Below, piece after piece: positions 26,313 to 37,600 of a DNA stretch of 64,000 nucleotides. Numbering within the stretch: the stretch's first letter is position 1; the number at the start of each line of letters is the position of its first letter. This DNA is from a virus (taxonomy: Duplodnaviria; Caudoviricetes). The notes below the pieces were generated by a model. The model made no database searches, had not been told where the DNA came from, and saw only the letters and a program-made list of their open reading frames with translations. Location: positions 23,356 through 87,355 of IMG/VR virus record IMGVR_UViG_3300026165_000001. One strand, 5' to 3'. Made by a program: the position numbers and the translations under genes.

Positions 26313-28387
26313 TGACTTATTTAACAAACAAACTTAACAATTACGAAACATATACCTATAACATCAGGCTTTATGTTTGTAAACCAGAACGTGTCCAAGA
26401 CCTTGATGCTGCAATTGATCGGGGTGACGCTATCATTTTGGCTGATAACGCACAAATTGCACGATATAATATCAATTCTTTGGAGCAAGTTTTCCGCATC
26501 AGCCATTCTTTGGTTCGAGAGGGAGTAGGTAGCCAATTTGATATGCGCATTGTTGAACCAAATGGTGTTACGTTATTGAGCACCATAAAGGGAATTTGTA
26601 ATCAACTCGGCATTGCAGACCATCTTAGAGCAACATATATTATCGCAGTTGATTTTCACGGTAGATTGTCGGATGGCCAGCCGAAAAAATTCCCGCAGAC
26701 ATTTTATTACCCAGTGGTTGTTAGCCAGTTTACATTTAAGGTTGATGAAGGTGGAACCAATTATCAAATTCGTTTAGTTGAAAATTCACAAGTTGGATAT
26801 CAAGTTGCTGCTAATGAAGTAAGAAATACAATTACTATTCAGGCTGAAACTGTTGGTGAGTTTGTTGACCAATTTGAGGAAAAACTAAACCAATCATTGA
26901 GATATTCTTGGAGAGCAAATGCCAGCCTTTCAGCAGGATTGGGTCCGGATGAATATAAGTTTGAATTTGACGGCACCACAGAAGATTGGCGCAGTTGGAG
27001 ATTTGAAGTTCTAGATGCTGATTTCCAAGTTGGTGCTGTGAGTTTTGAAGGTGTTCCGGGAAGAAGTCCTAAATTGCAAGTTGTGGCTATGAACGGAACA
27101 CAAATTACTACTTTAATGAGTCAAGTCCTACAATTAACAGCGGAATACAAACAAATCTTGATTAATCAAGGTGGCGAGATTAGCAATCAAACCATGCGTC
27201 GAAAACCAGAAGATGCGTCAAATAGACAGTTGGACGTATTCCCTGTTTTCTTTAAAATGATTTCAAATGTCGAATACAATGAGTATGATCAATTTCGAGG
27301 CGACTATAGAAAAACCTATCGTTATAAACTCAAAGCATATACTGCGACTGATGAAATTTTGGATGCAAACCAATTTATGTCTAGCATTGGTAATTCAAGC
27401 GTTCAGCGTTCAAGAATATTCAATCTAATTGCTGGGGATTTCCTACGTAAACGTTATGATTATTATTTTACTGGACGTAATACAGAAGTATTAAGTTTGG
27501 ATTTACAGTTTGATTATGCTTATTTCAATATCACACCCATGGGCGATGGTTACTTTGGTGATCCAGATGTTCAAAGAGCCGTAGCAGCGGGTGATGATAT
27601 TAGTGTTCGTGATCGTCTCAGTAAAATTGAAATTTTACAAGATGACCTGGGAAGCGCAAAAAGCGGTTTAGCTCGCGCACAGAGACAATTTGATAATGCT
27701 TTAGGGAGCGGATCAAGAACACAAATTGGTTTTGCTATAGGAAGTTTGGAGAATGCAAGTATTGAAGTTAATGCAAGGATTGGAGATATCCGCAGCGCCC
27801 TAGCAGACGGTTATGATTTTAATCCAAGCAGTGTTCAATACTTACAGCGTTGGGTCGAAGATACGATCAGTGATAGTGATACATATGGTTCAGAAAATAA
27901 CCTAAGAAGCGGCGCATTAAAATTTGGCGCAGTCAAAACTAACCTTGAAAATAGCGGTGACCTTATTACTATTGAGATGGAAGTTCGTGGTGATCCATAC
28001 TGGATGGGTAAACCAAATACATTTTATAATCAACAACAAAACATTGAAGATCTAGTAGACTATGAGGCAGGCGCCCCGAGTTTCTTTCTCAATGTTAACT
28101 TGCCAAGCACTGAAGAAGATGCTGACGGTAGACGAAAACCAGATCCAGATTACATGGTAAGTGGAGTTTATCGTGTTGTCAGTGTAATCAATCGTTTCCA
28201 TAACGGACAATTTATACAATATCTCGAAGCAGTGCGTGATATTGGAACAAATGTGGCAACTGTTTATGACATGCTTGCTGGTGACACCAGTGTGGATCTT
28301 GCACGAGATCTTGCTTCATTGCGTCAACAAGGAAACTCAATTTCACAACGAATTGAGAACGCAAGGCTTGGATTGGATCGTAATTAA
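26312..28387 (+). CDS. Baseplate hub protein (gp27-like)
   Basis: Start at ATG 26312 (TAATG coupling); C-terminal EVRGDPYW..SGVYRV..V..RF..GQF.Q.L hub motif; precedes gp5. Confidence 0.7.
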   Translation: MTYLTNKLNNYETYTYNIRLYVCKPERVQDLDAAIDRGDAIILADNAQIARYNINSLEQVFRISHSLVREGVGSQFDMRIVEPNGVTLLSTIKGICNQLGIADHLRATYIIAVDFHGRLSDGQPKKFPQTFYYPVVVSQFTFKVDEGGTNYQIRLVENSQVGYQVAANEVRNTITIQAETVGEFVDQFEEKLNQSLRYSWRANASLSAGLGPDEYKFEFDGTTEDWRSWRFEVLDADFQVGAVSFEGVPGRSPKLQVVAMNGTQITTLMSQVLQLTAEYKQILINQGGEISNQTMRRKPEDASNRQLDVFPVFFKMISNVEYNEYDQFRGDYRKTYRYKLKAYTATDEILDANQFMSSIGNSSVQRSRIFNLIAGDFLRKRYDYYFTGRNTEVLSLDLQFDYAYFNITPMGDGYFGDPDVQRAVAAGDDISVRDRLSKIEILQDDLGSAKSGLARAQRQFDNALGSGSRTQIGFAIGSLENASIEVNARIGDIRSALADGYDFNPSSVQYLQRWVEDTISDSDTYGSENNLRSGALKFGAVKTNLENSGDLITIEMEVRGDPYWMGKPNTFYNQQQNIEDLVDYEAGAPSFFLNVNLPSTEEDADGRRKPDPDYMVSGVYRVVSVINRFHNGQFIQYLEAVRDIGTNVATVYDMLAGDTSVDLARDLASLRQQGNSISQRIENARLGLDRN

Positions 28388-30132
28388 TGGCAATTAGTAG
28401 AGATATATACACACGAAAAGTTCGCTCAGCTTATAATCAACATACACTTGAAAAAGGTTTACGAATTCCGGCTGGGTTATATCGCGGCATTGTGGTTGAT
28501 ATTGATGACCCAAACCGTGAAGGCAGAGTCAAAGTTCAGATACAAAAGTTTTATGGCGCTTTCCCTGCTGGTGAAACGTCAGCTAGCCAGGTTGCAGGTG
28601 ACGAATTTTTAGGTGCAATATGGTGTCATCAACTTTTGCCGTTTGGACAGACATCTCCACCAGCTGAAGGCCCTAATGGAACCGTAAGTCAAAACACTAG
28701 CGGGTTTTTTGGCGCCCCGCCCGAACGAGATAATGAAGTATTGGTTGCATTTGGTAGCGATATGAGCGCTGGTGTAATCGTGGGTATGATACCAGATCCG
28801 TTCAAAAGAGAAGGCATAGCAGGAGCAGGCAAAACCCGCACAACCGCTACTGGCGAAACCACAATTGGTCTTGAAACGTCTCGTACGGCTGGCTCGATTG
28901 ATGACTTGCCAGACGAACACCCCCAAGCAGAAGTGCTGCGCAATCAGGGTCTTGACAGAGACCGTATACGCGGACAGAACTTCTCAAGCCCCACTAGAGA
29001 CCCCAGTTCGCGCGTCGTTGGCATGAGTTCTCCAACTGGTCATGCCATTGTAATGGATGATGGCAATCTTGAAGATGGCGACAACCTGGGAATGAGGATA
29101 CGAACCGCCGGCGGCGCACAGATCCTCATGGACGACACAAATGGTCTAACCTATATTAACAATCGTGAAGGTAATGTATGGATCGAAATGAACCGTAACG
29201 GCGATATTGACATCTATGCAGCTAGCACAATCAATATGCATACTTTGGGTGATTTCAATATGCATTGTGGTGGCAGTTTTAATTTGCAAGCCGGATCTGA
29301 TATCAACATGAGAGCCATGGGAAGCGTAAAACAACAGGCTGTTGGTGGCCCTTTTGACATTACATCAGGATCAAATTTAAATCTCACAGCGGATGGAAAT
29401 GGTAATATGAGCGTTGCTGGTAACTATCGTGAAACAGCGGCTCGAATCGACATGAACGGTCCAGCAGCAGAAGTGGCTGCGCCACCCCCCACAAATCAGC
29501 TGGCTGGTAACAATGTGGTTACTGAAAGCGTGGCCCGACGTGTTCCAGAAGCAGAACCTTGGGCTGGACACCTTGATGTTAGTGTGCTTGACACTGGCTC
29601 AGCGAGTGGCGCTGTGGCACAAGGAGAAAGTAACAGTTATTATTATGGTAGTCCAACAGACCTATCAAGCTATAATGATCAGACTGGTGAATTTGACATC
29701 AATAATTTCCCGCCTAGTCAAGGAGGAGAATTCCTTAGCTATTCAAGCAACGTTGATAGGCGTATTGATCCTGAATTGATTTCCATGGTGGAAGAGGTAG
29801 CACGACGTTTTGGTCGACCACTAACAGTCACAAGTGGTTTCCGTTCTCCCAGTTACAATGCGAAAGTGGGTGGCGCCAAGAAAAGTCAACACCAACAAGG
29901 TAAGGCTATCGATGTTTCAGGTAATGGTTTGACTAATCAAGATCGTCTAGATTTGATCGCAATCGCCAGTGCTGTGGGTATTAGAGGTATTGGTGTCTAT
30001 AGCGGAGGAAGTCTTCACTTTGACAACCGCAGCGGAGCAAGGGCTGCATGGGGCAGTGACTATACTCGTGCAAGTGTCCCAAGTTATGCGGTAGCAGCGG
30101 CTAATCGTCACCGTAGTGGAGGATTTGGATAA
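28387..30132 (+). CDS. gp5: Baseplate central spike (gp5/VgrG-like) with C-terminal M15 Zn-peptidase
   Basis: OB-fold YRGIVVDIDDPNREGRVKV, GHAIVMDD beta-helix region, VTSGFRS..YNAKVGGAKKSQH..GKAID..GIGVY..LHFD. Confidence 0.85.
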   Translation: MAISRDIYTRKVRSAYNQHTLEKGLRIPAGLYRGIVVDIDDPNREGRVKVQIQKFYGAFPAGETSASQVAGDEFLGAIWCHQLLPFGQTSPPAEGPNGTVSQNTSGFFGAPPERDNEVLVAFGSDMSAGVIVGMIPDPFKREGIAGAGKTRTTATGETTIGLETSRTAGSIDDLPDEHPQAEVLRNQGLDRDRIRGQNFSSPTRDPSSRVVGMSSPTGHAIVMDDGNLEDGDNLGMRIRTAGGAQILMDDTNGLTYINNREGNVWIEMNRNGDIDIYAASTINMHTLGDFNMHCGGSFNLQAGSDINMRAMGSVKQQAVGGPFDITSGSNLNLTADGNGNMSVAGNYRETAARIDMNGPAAEVAAPPPTNQLAGNNVVTESVARRVPEAEPWAGHLDVSVLDTGSASGAVAQGESNSYYYGSPTDLSSYNDQTGEFDINNFPPSQGGEFLSYSSNVDRRIDPELISMVEEVARRFGRPLTVTSGFRSPSYNAKVGGAKKSQHQQGKAIDVSGNGLTNQDRLDLIAIASAVGIRGIGVYSGGSLHFDNRSGARAAWGSDYTRASVPSYAVAAANRHRSGGFG

Positions 30133-30842
30133 TGCTTAGACTGGTTGAATCTAATAGACGTATTCCCTGGGAAACATTTACAATACAGGATGAATTTGCT
30201 GTCAAGTTTGTAATCAACGTTGGCGTTGCAGTCGTAAGCGAGGAAATGCTGAGCTTGATGTTGGGCTATCGTGAATGGAGTGGTATACGTTACATCAATC
30301 AGGCCACTGGTGATTATGAAATAGGATATGGTATTGGTGATCCTGATGATGAACAAGGATATACTGAGCCGCAAGCATATGCTGACTGGGTTGGATACAT
30401 ACGTAATCGTCAAAAGAACCTTAGAACACAAATTCCAATTGTAGGCATAACACAAGCCGCATTTGATGCTTTGCTAAGTCTCTATGTTGATACAGGCACT
30501 TGGAGAACGGTTCAATCAAATGAAGGATTATATGATCTAGCTGACGCTGTTAAAAACTCTAATTGGTTGTTAGTGGCAGATATTATTTCTCGTGGAAATG
30601 TCAATCCTGAGCTTCGCAAAAAAGAAGCAGCGGTAGTGCAGCTTGGTGACTATAACACAATCAAAACAAGACAGCAACAGCGAACCACAGGTATCCAAAA
30701 ATTAAGAAACGCCTATGTGAGTGGTCTTCCTGAATTTGAAAGAAAACAGGCTGAATTTGTATTCTATCGTCAATTTGGATCATTCTTGCCTGGTATGAGC
30801 CAGCTAAGGCAACGCCGAATTGTTGCTCAAGCACTCACATAA
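30132..30842 (+). CDS. Lysozyme-fold (GH24-like) baseplate protein, catalytic triad apparently degenerate
   Basis: EIGYG, ITQAAFDALLSL and RKKEA resemble the GH24 TIGYG, LTQ..FDALVS and RR..E motifs. Confidence 0.6.
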   Translation: MLRLVESNRRIPWETFTIQDEFAVKFVINVGVAVVSEEMLSLMLGYREWSGIRYINQATGDYEIGYGIGDPDDEQGYTEPQAYADWVGYIRNRQKNLRTQIPIVGITQAAFDALLSLYVDTGTWRTVQSNEGLYDLADAVKNSNWLLVADIISRGNVNPELRKKEAAVVQLGDYNTIKTRQQQRTTGIQKLRNAYVSGLPEFERKQAEFVFYRQFGSFLPGMSQLRQRRIVAQALT

Positions 30843-30862
30843 AATACGCAGTTTTTCATACC

Positions 30863-30869
30863 ATAAATA
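30863..30869 (+). promoter_or_regulatory. Late promoter, probably leaderless for gp25
   Basis: ATAAATA followed by 5 nt and then ATG 30875; no SD. Confidence 0.65.
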
Positions 30870-30874
30870 CTGAT

Positions 30875-31240
30875 ATGGCAACTTTCGTAGGATTTTCAAC
30901 AGTTGGTAAACGAACAGGCACTCGAGTCCTTGAGGATAAAGAGTTGGCCAAGCGTGACTTGCTTAATCATTTTTACACACGAAGAGGTGAGCGACTTGGT
31001 GAACCTGAGTTCGGAAGCATCTTGCCAGAATTGATTTTTGAGCAATTTGACCAATTGGTTGTTCAAGCCGCTGATGAAGACGTCAAAGCAATTATTGGTT
31101 TAGACCCGCGTTGGGAATTGATAGACTATCGTATCAATGAGGGCGACAAAACGTTGACAATTGAAATACAATTGCGTTACGTCCCTGATCTCAGCGAAGA
31201 TCGTTTGGTGTTGAAATACACTAGTGAAGAAGAGATTTAA
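30875..31240 (+). CDS. gp25: Baseplate wedge subunit (gp25)
   Basis: DLLNHFYTRRGER..PEFGS.L..LIFE..DPR. Confidence 0.9.
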   Translation: MATFVGFSTVGKRTGTRVLEDKELAKRDLLNHFYTRRGERLGEPEFGSILPELIFEQFDQLVVQAADEDVKAIIGLDPRWELIDYRINEGDKTLTIEIQLRYVPDLSEDRLVLKYTSEEEI

Positions 31241-31243
31241 CAT

Positions 31244-34200
31244 ATGGCACAGAGTATCCGACAGAGAAATTTGTTTGCAGCAGAAGACTATCGTCTTGTA
31301 TACGACAGTTTCAAACAAGCAAACTTTCAAGCATACGACTACGACACAATACGTGGCGCACTAGTTGATTATATTCAACAGCAATATCCAGAAAATTTCA
31401 ATGACTGGATTCAATCCAGTGAATTTGTTGCGCTGATTGAAACACTTGCGTTCCTTGCGCACAGTCTAGCCTTTCGTATTGACCAAGCAGGACGTGAAAA
31501 CTTCCTTAGCACTGCGGAACGTCGTGCCAGCGTTTTGCGTATTGCTGATTTTCTAGGATACACACCAACACGTCATCAACCAGCTCGTGGTCATCTCAAA
31601 GTTACAGGCATCCGCACTACACAGGACGTTTTTGATATCAATGGTGATAGCCTTAAGAACCAGACAATTGATTTTGAAGACTCATATCAAAACTTTTTAT
31701 TGGTGATGAATGAAGTATTGAGTGCTACAAATAAGTTTGGTAGACCAAACAATAGTATAAGAATTGGCAACGTCAAGAACGACATTTACACCACCAATAT
31801 TTCAAACAACCGTAATATTGTATTTGATATTCAAGGTGAGGTAAATGGGGTGCGTCGTGGGTTTGAAGTGCACGGCACCAATATCAATCGTTCTACCAAT
31901 ACATTGGTTGAATCAGAACCTGATCCGACTGGCAGCTTTAACATCGTTTACAAAAATGACGGCCAGGGACTCGGTAGTAATGATACTGGATTTTTTGTGG
32001 GCTTCAAGCAAGGCACATTGCAATTTAATGATATCACAGCAGACGAAGCTGTTAGTAATCTCTTGATTGATCTTGGAGCAACCAATGTTAATAACAGTGA
32101 TATTTGGGTTCAAAGTATTAATGATTCAGGTGAAATAGTAAACAGTTGGACTAAGGTGGATAGCGGATTTGGTGCTAACACTGTTTTTAACAACATACGA
32201 CAAGATAACCGAAAACTCTACTCAGTAAAAACAGTAGATGAAGACAACGTCAACATTATATTTGGTGATGGTGTCTTTAGCGAAATACCTCGTGGTATTA
32301 TTCGAATTTGGTATCGCACTGGTATCAATCAGACATACACACTAGATCCAGATGATATTGGAACAGTGACTTTTGGTTTCAACTATGATTCACCAGACAA
32401 TAACACGTATAAGGTAACATTTACATGTGAATTGCAAGATCCAGTAACAAACGCATCTTCAGCAGAAACCATTACCAGCATTAAAAACAATGCCGGACGT
32501 GTTTTTGCTGCACAAGATAGAATGATCACTGCCAGTGATTACAGCGTTTATCCACTTACTGTTAGCGAGAATATTCGCAAAATCAAAGCAATTAATAGAA
32601 CATATACCGGACATAGCAGATTTATTCGCGCACAAGATCCCACTGCAACCTACCAAAGCGTGGATCTCGTGTTTGATGATGGATATATCTATAGTGAAGG
32701 CTTGACATATCGAACAAATCTAGCGTTGCCTAGTAACCTCAGTGTTGATCAAATTTATTATCGCTTTATTGATGAAGCTATCTCAAATCCTGAAGTGATC
32801 AATTTGTTCTACAGCAAATATGAAGATGTCAGTGTAGATTTCAACAACGTGAGCACAAGCTATGAGTGGCAACAAATTACAAGTGGTTATAGAGGCTCAA
32901 CTGGTTATTTAACACGGGGAAGTGTTATTCAAAAGATTGGGTCAAATGCTACAAACGATCTAAACGATGCTCGCCCAGGAAGCATTGTAGAATTTGTGGA
33001 ATCACCATACAATAGCGGCACGCTGGGCGAGCCAGGTGATTCTCTCACAATTATAAATGCTGGTTCAGGATATACGAGTGCACCTACTGTTACCATTCGC
33101 GGAACAGGAACAGGCGCTGAAGCCACAGCCACGATAAATGGCGGTCAGATTTCTGGCGTGACGTTAACGGCAGGCGGAGCAGGATATCAAAACCCTGTTG
33201 TCGTTGAAATCACCGGCGGGGGTGGTAGCGGCGCGGCGGCCGTAGCTCGTGCCCAGTCAGCGGCTAAGACATGGGCTCGTGTAGTTGATGTCGTATCAGA
33301 TGGACAGGGTATCAATGACAGTAATGGCAATCCTACTGGCCTCACATCACGTGGACAGGGGGCAGTGGTTCTCAATAAGGTCATTCCCAACACTGCTCGT
33401 GTAAGTCGTGTGTTTCCAGCATACAAAACACAATTTAGTGACGAAGAAAGAAACAATATTCTTGATGAGCTAGCAAACCTAAACTCATTTGGTTTGCGTT
33501 ATGATGAAACTGCTAGCGAATGGAAAATCATACGCTCAGGTGATCTTCCGACAACTGATGAAAACAATCCAGATAATTTCAGCTTTGAAAATGCTGGTGA
33601 TTTGAGTAATTCAAACAATGACCATAGTTGGATCATGCGAGTTAATTATAGTGCAAGTCGTTGGGAATTTATTTCACGGCGACAGCGATTTGTTTATGGA
33701 TCCGACGAAAAAATTCGCTTCTTTAATCAAAACGGCAAGAGACGATTCAATGTAGAAACAAACAAACCAGAACGCGATGCAATTGTTGTGTCACGAATTA
33801 ACACAAAGCCAAACGGTAGCCTATTTCCTCTAGAAGAAGATTTGACTTTCTTTGCTTACCGTTATTTCACAGAACCAGACGGATACACAGACAATCGAAA
33901 AGTAATCGTTACACTGGCTGATGTTGACAATGACAATTATCCAGATAATCCTCTTGCATTTAAAACACTATCTGGCAATAACAATATTGCACTGGGAACC
34001 GTGACGGAAGACGGAAATGAATACACTGTGAGAACAGAAACTGGAACAGAAGTGCCAGGACGCAGCAATTTGACTGCGACGTGGCGCCGCATTAGCACTA
34101 GTCGTTATCGCATTGATCCAAGTCTTTCAAATATTATTGATGTGTTCGTTCTTAACCAGAATTATGACACTAAATATCGAGAGTGGATTGCAGATAGCAG

Positions 34201-34669
34201 AAAAGAATCAGAACGCCCAGAAACCCCAACCGAAGTGGAATTGGAAAAACAATTTGCGGCACTAGATTCCAAGAAAGCAATTAGTGATTCAATTGTTTAT
34301 CGAGCAGCAGAATACAAGGTGTTGTTCGGTGAATTGGCTGATTTGGAATTGCAAGGTAAGTTTAAGATCGTGAAAGTTTCTGGAACAACATTGACAGACA
34401 ATGAAATCAAGTCAAGAGTATTAACTGCAATTCAAAATTTCTTTGATATCAATAATTGGGATTTTGGTGAGACGTTCTACTTTACAGAGTTGAGCGCCTA
34501 TATTCACCAACAACTTCCTGGTGTCATTAGCAGTGTGGTTTTGGTTCCATTGGCAACCAACAGTCAATTTGGTGACTTATTCCAGATCGGACCAGACAGC
34601 AATGAATTGTTTATTCCAGACGTAACACTAACTGATATCGAAATTGTCGATTCATTGAATTCAATATAA
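31244..34669 (+). CDS. gp6: Baseplate wedge subunit (gp6-like)
   Basis: YDYDTIR..L, ENFNDW..SSE, ENFL.TA.RR.SV, FGDG.F, QDRMITASDY; GxGY-repeat insert near 33050-33250. Confidence 0.9.
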   Translation: MAQSIRQRNLFAAEDYRLVYDSFKQANFQAYDYDTIRGALVDYIQQQYPENFNDWIQSSEFVALIETLAFLAHSLAFRIDQAGRENFLSTAERRASVLRIADFLGYTPTRHQPARGHLKVTGIRTTQDVFDINGDSLKNQTIDFEDSYQNFLLVMNEVLSATNKFGRPNNSIRIGNVKNDIYTTNISNNRNIVFDIQGEVNGVRRGFEVHGTNINRSTNTLVESEPDPTGSFNIVYKNDGQGLGSNDTGFFVGFKQGTLQFNDITADEAVSNLLIDLGATNVNNSDIWVQSINDSGEIVNSWTKVDSGFGANTVFNNIRQDNRKLYSVKTVDEDNVNIIFGDGVFSEIPRGIIRIWYRTGINQTYTLDPDDIGTVTFGFNYDSPDNNTYKVTFTCELQDPVTNASSAETITSIKNNAGRVFAAQDRMITASDYSVYPLTVSENIRKIKAINRTYTGHSRFIRAQDPTATYQSVDLVFDDGYIYSEGLTYRTNLALPSNLSVDQIYYRFIDEAISNPEVINLFYSKYEDVSVDFNNVSTSYEWQQITSGYRGSTGYLTRGSVIQKIGSNATNDLNDARPGSIVEFVESPYNSGTLGEPGDSLTIINAGSGYTSAPTVTIRGTGTGAEATATINGGQISGVTLTAGGAGYQNPVVVEITGGGGSGAAAVARAQSAAKTWARVVDVVSDGQGINDSNGNPTGLTSRGQGAVVLNKVIPNTARVSRVFPAYKTQFSDEERNNILDELANLNSFGLRYDETASEWKIIRSGDLPTTDENNPDNFSFENAGDLSNSNNDHSWIMRVNYSASRWEFISRRQRFVYGSDEKIRFFNQNGKRRFNVETNKPERDAIVVSRINTKPNGSLFPLEEDLTFFAYRYFTEPDGYTDNRKVIVTLADVDNDNYPDNPLAFKTLSGNNNIALGTVTEDGNEYTVRTETGTEVPGRSNLTATWRRISTSRYRIDPSLSNIIDVFVLNQNYDTKYREWIADSRKESERPETPTEVELEKQFAALDSKKAISDSIVYRAAEYKVLFGELADLELQGKFKIVKVSGTTLTDNEIKSRVLTAIQNFFDINNWDFGETFYFTELSAYIHQQLPGVISSVVLVPLATNSQFGDLFQIGPDSNELFIPDVTLTDIEIVDSLNSI

Positions 34670-34678
34670 GGTAAATTG

Positions 34679-37600
34679 ATGGCAAAAGATTATAGCGCCA
34701 ACCCAAAAGACGTAAAAAACTTCACACAAGGGGCTGAAGTTGGACTGGATCAAAGCTTTCAGGACTATAGTGAGTTTCTGCCCTTTATCAATAGAACAGA
34801 ATCACTTGAGCGTTTCTTTGGCAGCACTGTCAATCAACTTCTAAGTTCTGGATCAACTCAGAGTATTGACGCATACTGGGGTCGGCTTGCAGGAAGAAAC
34901 TATAACCCAAATAACGAACTCTTTCAGTTTGAGCCTGATGCCACACGTCTTAACTATCAATTCCAGCCTGGCACAGTGAGCCGTGTTGAAGGCCAAACTG
35001 AACAAACTGTTAGTTACATCAATTGGCTCAAGCGTCTCGAAAGTCTTGGTGCTGATATTAATAACCATGATCGACTTTTCAGTGAGCTGGGATATGTGCT
35101 AGACTTGCCAATTAATGCAGATATGTTGATGAATTATCGCAATTATTATTGGTTAGAAGGACAAATACCAACAATTGTAATTGAACCCACAGTTGACGAT
35201 CCAATTGTCATTGATGATATCGTTAAGTTTTCATTCTATACAACTCCAGAATTGTCAAACTACAAGACTGTTGAGTTTGTGACTGGTTTGCGTGTTAAAT
35301 TCACAGGCGATTATGTTTCAAGTACGAGCGGAGATTATTTTGCTGATTATACATATTCAGTTGAAAATGTGGGCGGTGAAGGAGGAATTAAACTTGTGCC
35401 AGTTATTGATGATACTGGTGACAATCTATTCCCGAGCACCACTCCTTATGAGATAGAAATCCGCGAAGGCTGGGATATATTTGATTATGATACAACACCA
35501 TTCGATGGCATCGCGCCATTCGATCCATACGACGTCACAACTAATCGTGATCGTGAAGATCTAAATCTTAACACTACATATATTGTAATGGAACGTTGGG
35601 CAGCCGATAAAAATCCTTGGGCCAGAACAAACAAGTGGTATAGCCTACATGCAATTGACATCATGGCAGAGTATAATGGCGTTAATGTTGAGGCATATAA
35701 AAACGCCTTTACCCGCGCCAATAGACCAATTATTGAATTCCGTGCAAACATGGAGCTCACAAACTTTTGTGGTAATTTTGCTGGCACAGTTGATTACGCA
35801 GTAAGCATCGACCAAGCAAGCCAAATTGGAGACTCAGGCGGATCTTTCCAAGTCGATAGTGAAAACTCATTGGAAGATGGCGATGTTATTTTTGTTGGTA
35901 AACCAGAAACAAATGGTATCCAGCTTGTTGAATTTAATCAAGACTTCAACAGTGACTTCGACAGCGGCCCAGCACTGAGCGGCGCGTTTGGTCCTCCATA
36001 TAGCAGCGCATTTGACGTTGGTGTGGCAATTACATTGAATCAAAACGCATACCAAGTCAGTATTGTTAGTAATACAATTACATTGACGCCACTTTCACCA
36101 TATAATGACGGCGATTATGTGATTGTCACTAAGGGAGAACAAAAAGGATTTGTCTATTGCTTTACAGAGGCTGATGGTTGGCAAGTCGCACAAAATAAAG
36201 AATCACGAGGTGATTTCCCGCTATTCAAGCTATATGATGACGAACTAATTGATCTTGAAAGTTACGAAAATACAGACTTTGTTGGTGAAAAGATCTTTGG
36301 ATATCGAGAAAATCCAACAGGCGGATTTGATCGTGAACTAGGATTTAGTCCATCATTTACGCAGCAAGGATCATTTAACGATTATGAATTTGAATGGACA
36401 CTTAGCACAAACCGTTATAGTCGTGATGTAACAGTGGACAATTCAACTGAAATTCGTGGATACTATTTCTGGCGAGATCGAGTTGAAAACAAATATTATA
36501 ATGGATGGACACAAGTCCGTGGTGGACAGCGTGTTCCTATTATCCAAACACAAGTCGCCGACGGAACAAACCAGCCTACATTTGAACTAGGAACAACAGC
36601 AGTCAGTCATCCCACTGAATACACTGTGGTTTTCCAGGACGATGAATATCGTTGGCACGAACACAGTTATATTGATCGTCATCCTATCGGTGAACCAAAT
36701 CCAACAATGGTTTGGCGCTATGATACTGATTACAATATCAATACGTTGATTGAAAACTCTAGCGATTCCTTGGAGTTTGTGCGAGCAATTTCTTATGCTT
36801 CAGATACTGTTTCCAGTATTACTTTAGCTAGTGCAACACCGGTTGAGATCACAGTTGCAGATACATCACAGCTAAAGACTGGTGACCGTGCCACATTTAC
36901 AAATGTAACAGGAACAACCGAACTCAATGGGAATACTTATGAAATCACAGTTGTTAACTCAACTACATTTACACTAGATGGAACAGATGGTGATGATTTC
37001 AGTGCTTATGTAAGTGATGGCGACATTACATATGGTGATGGAGATATCACTGTTACTGTAACAGATGATCTAAACACAACTGTAAATGTATCCAGCAGCT
37101 ATGTATATGGAAAGATATTGTATCGCAATACTAATGATTCAACCATTCAGGGAGAGATTTTCCTTTCTGATGAAAATCAAAATAGATACTCTGTAATTCG
37201 CAATGGTCGTTATCTCGTAGAAGATGTTGATTACGCATTTAGTGGCACAACAATTACCGTGACTGCGGAATGCAGTGAGGACGATGTTCTTGAACTAATT
37301 TATATTGCTGATGCAGATCTAGAAAATGTTGTTTATGATGTGGCTCCTATTCACTTCTACAATAACGATAACAAACCATTCACGTTTGTGGGTTATGACG
37401 ATCTAACAAATCACTTTGCACGACAAATGTCTGCAATGCCAGGATTTGATGGTGATGTATTTGGCATTAACAACTACCATAACACGGTGCGACAGCATTC
37501 ATATGACGGCTTGATTAGACAGCAAATCTTCTCAAGCAAGCGTGTGCAATATCTAATAGATCAAGAGTCTATTAATCCAGTTCGTGCACTCAAAAATATT

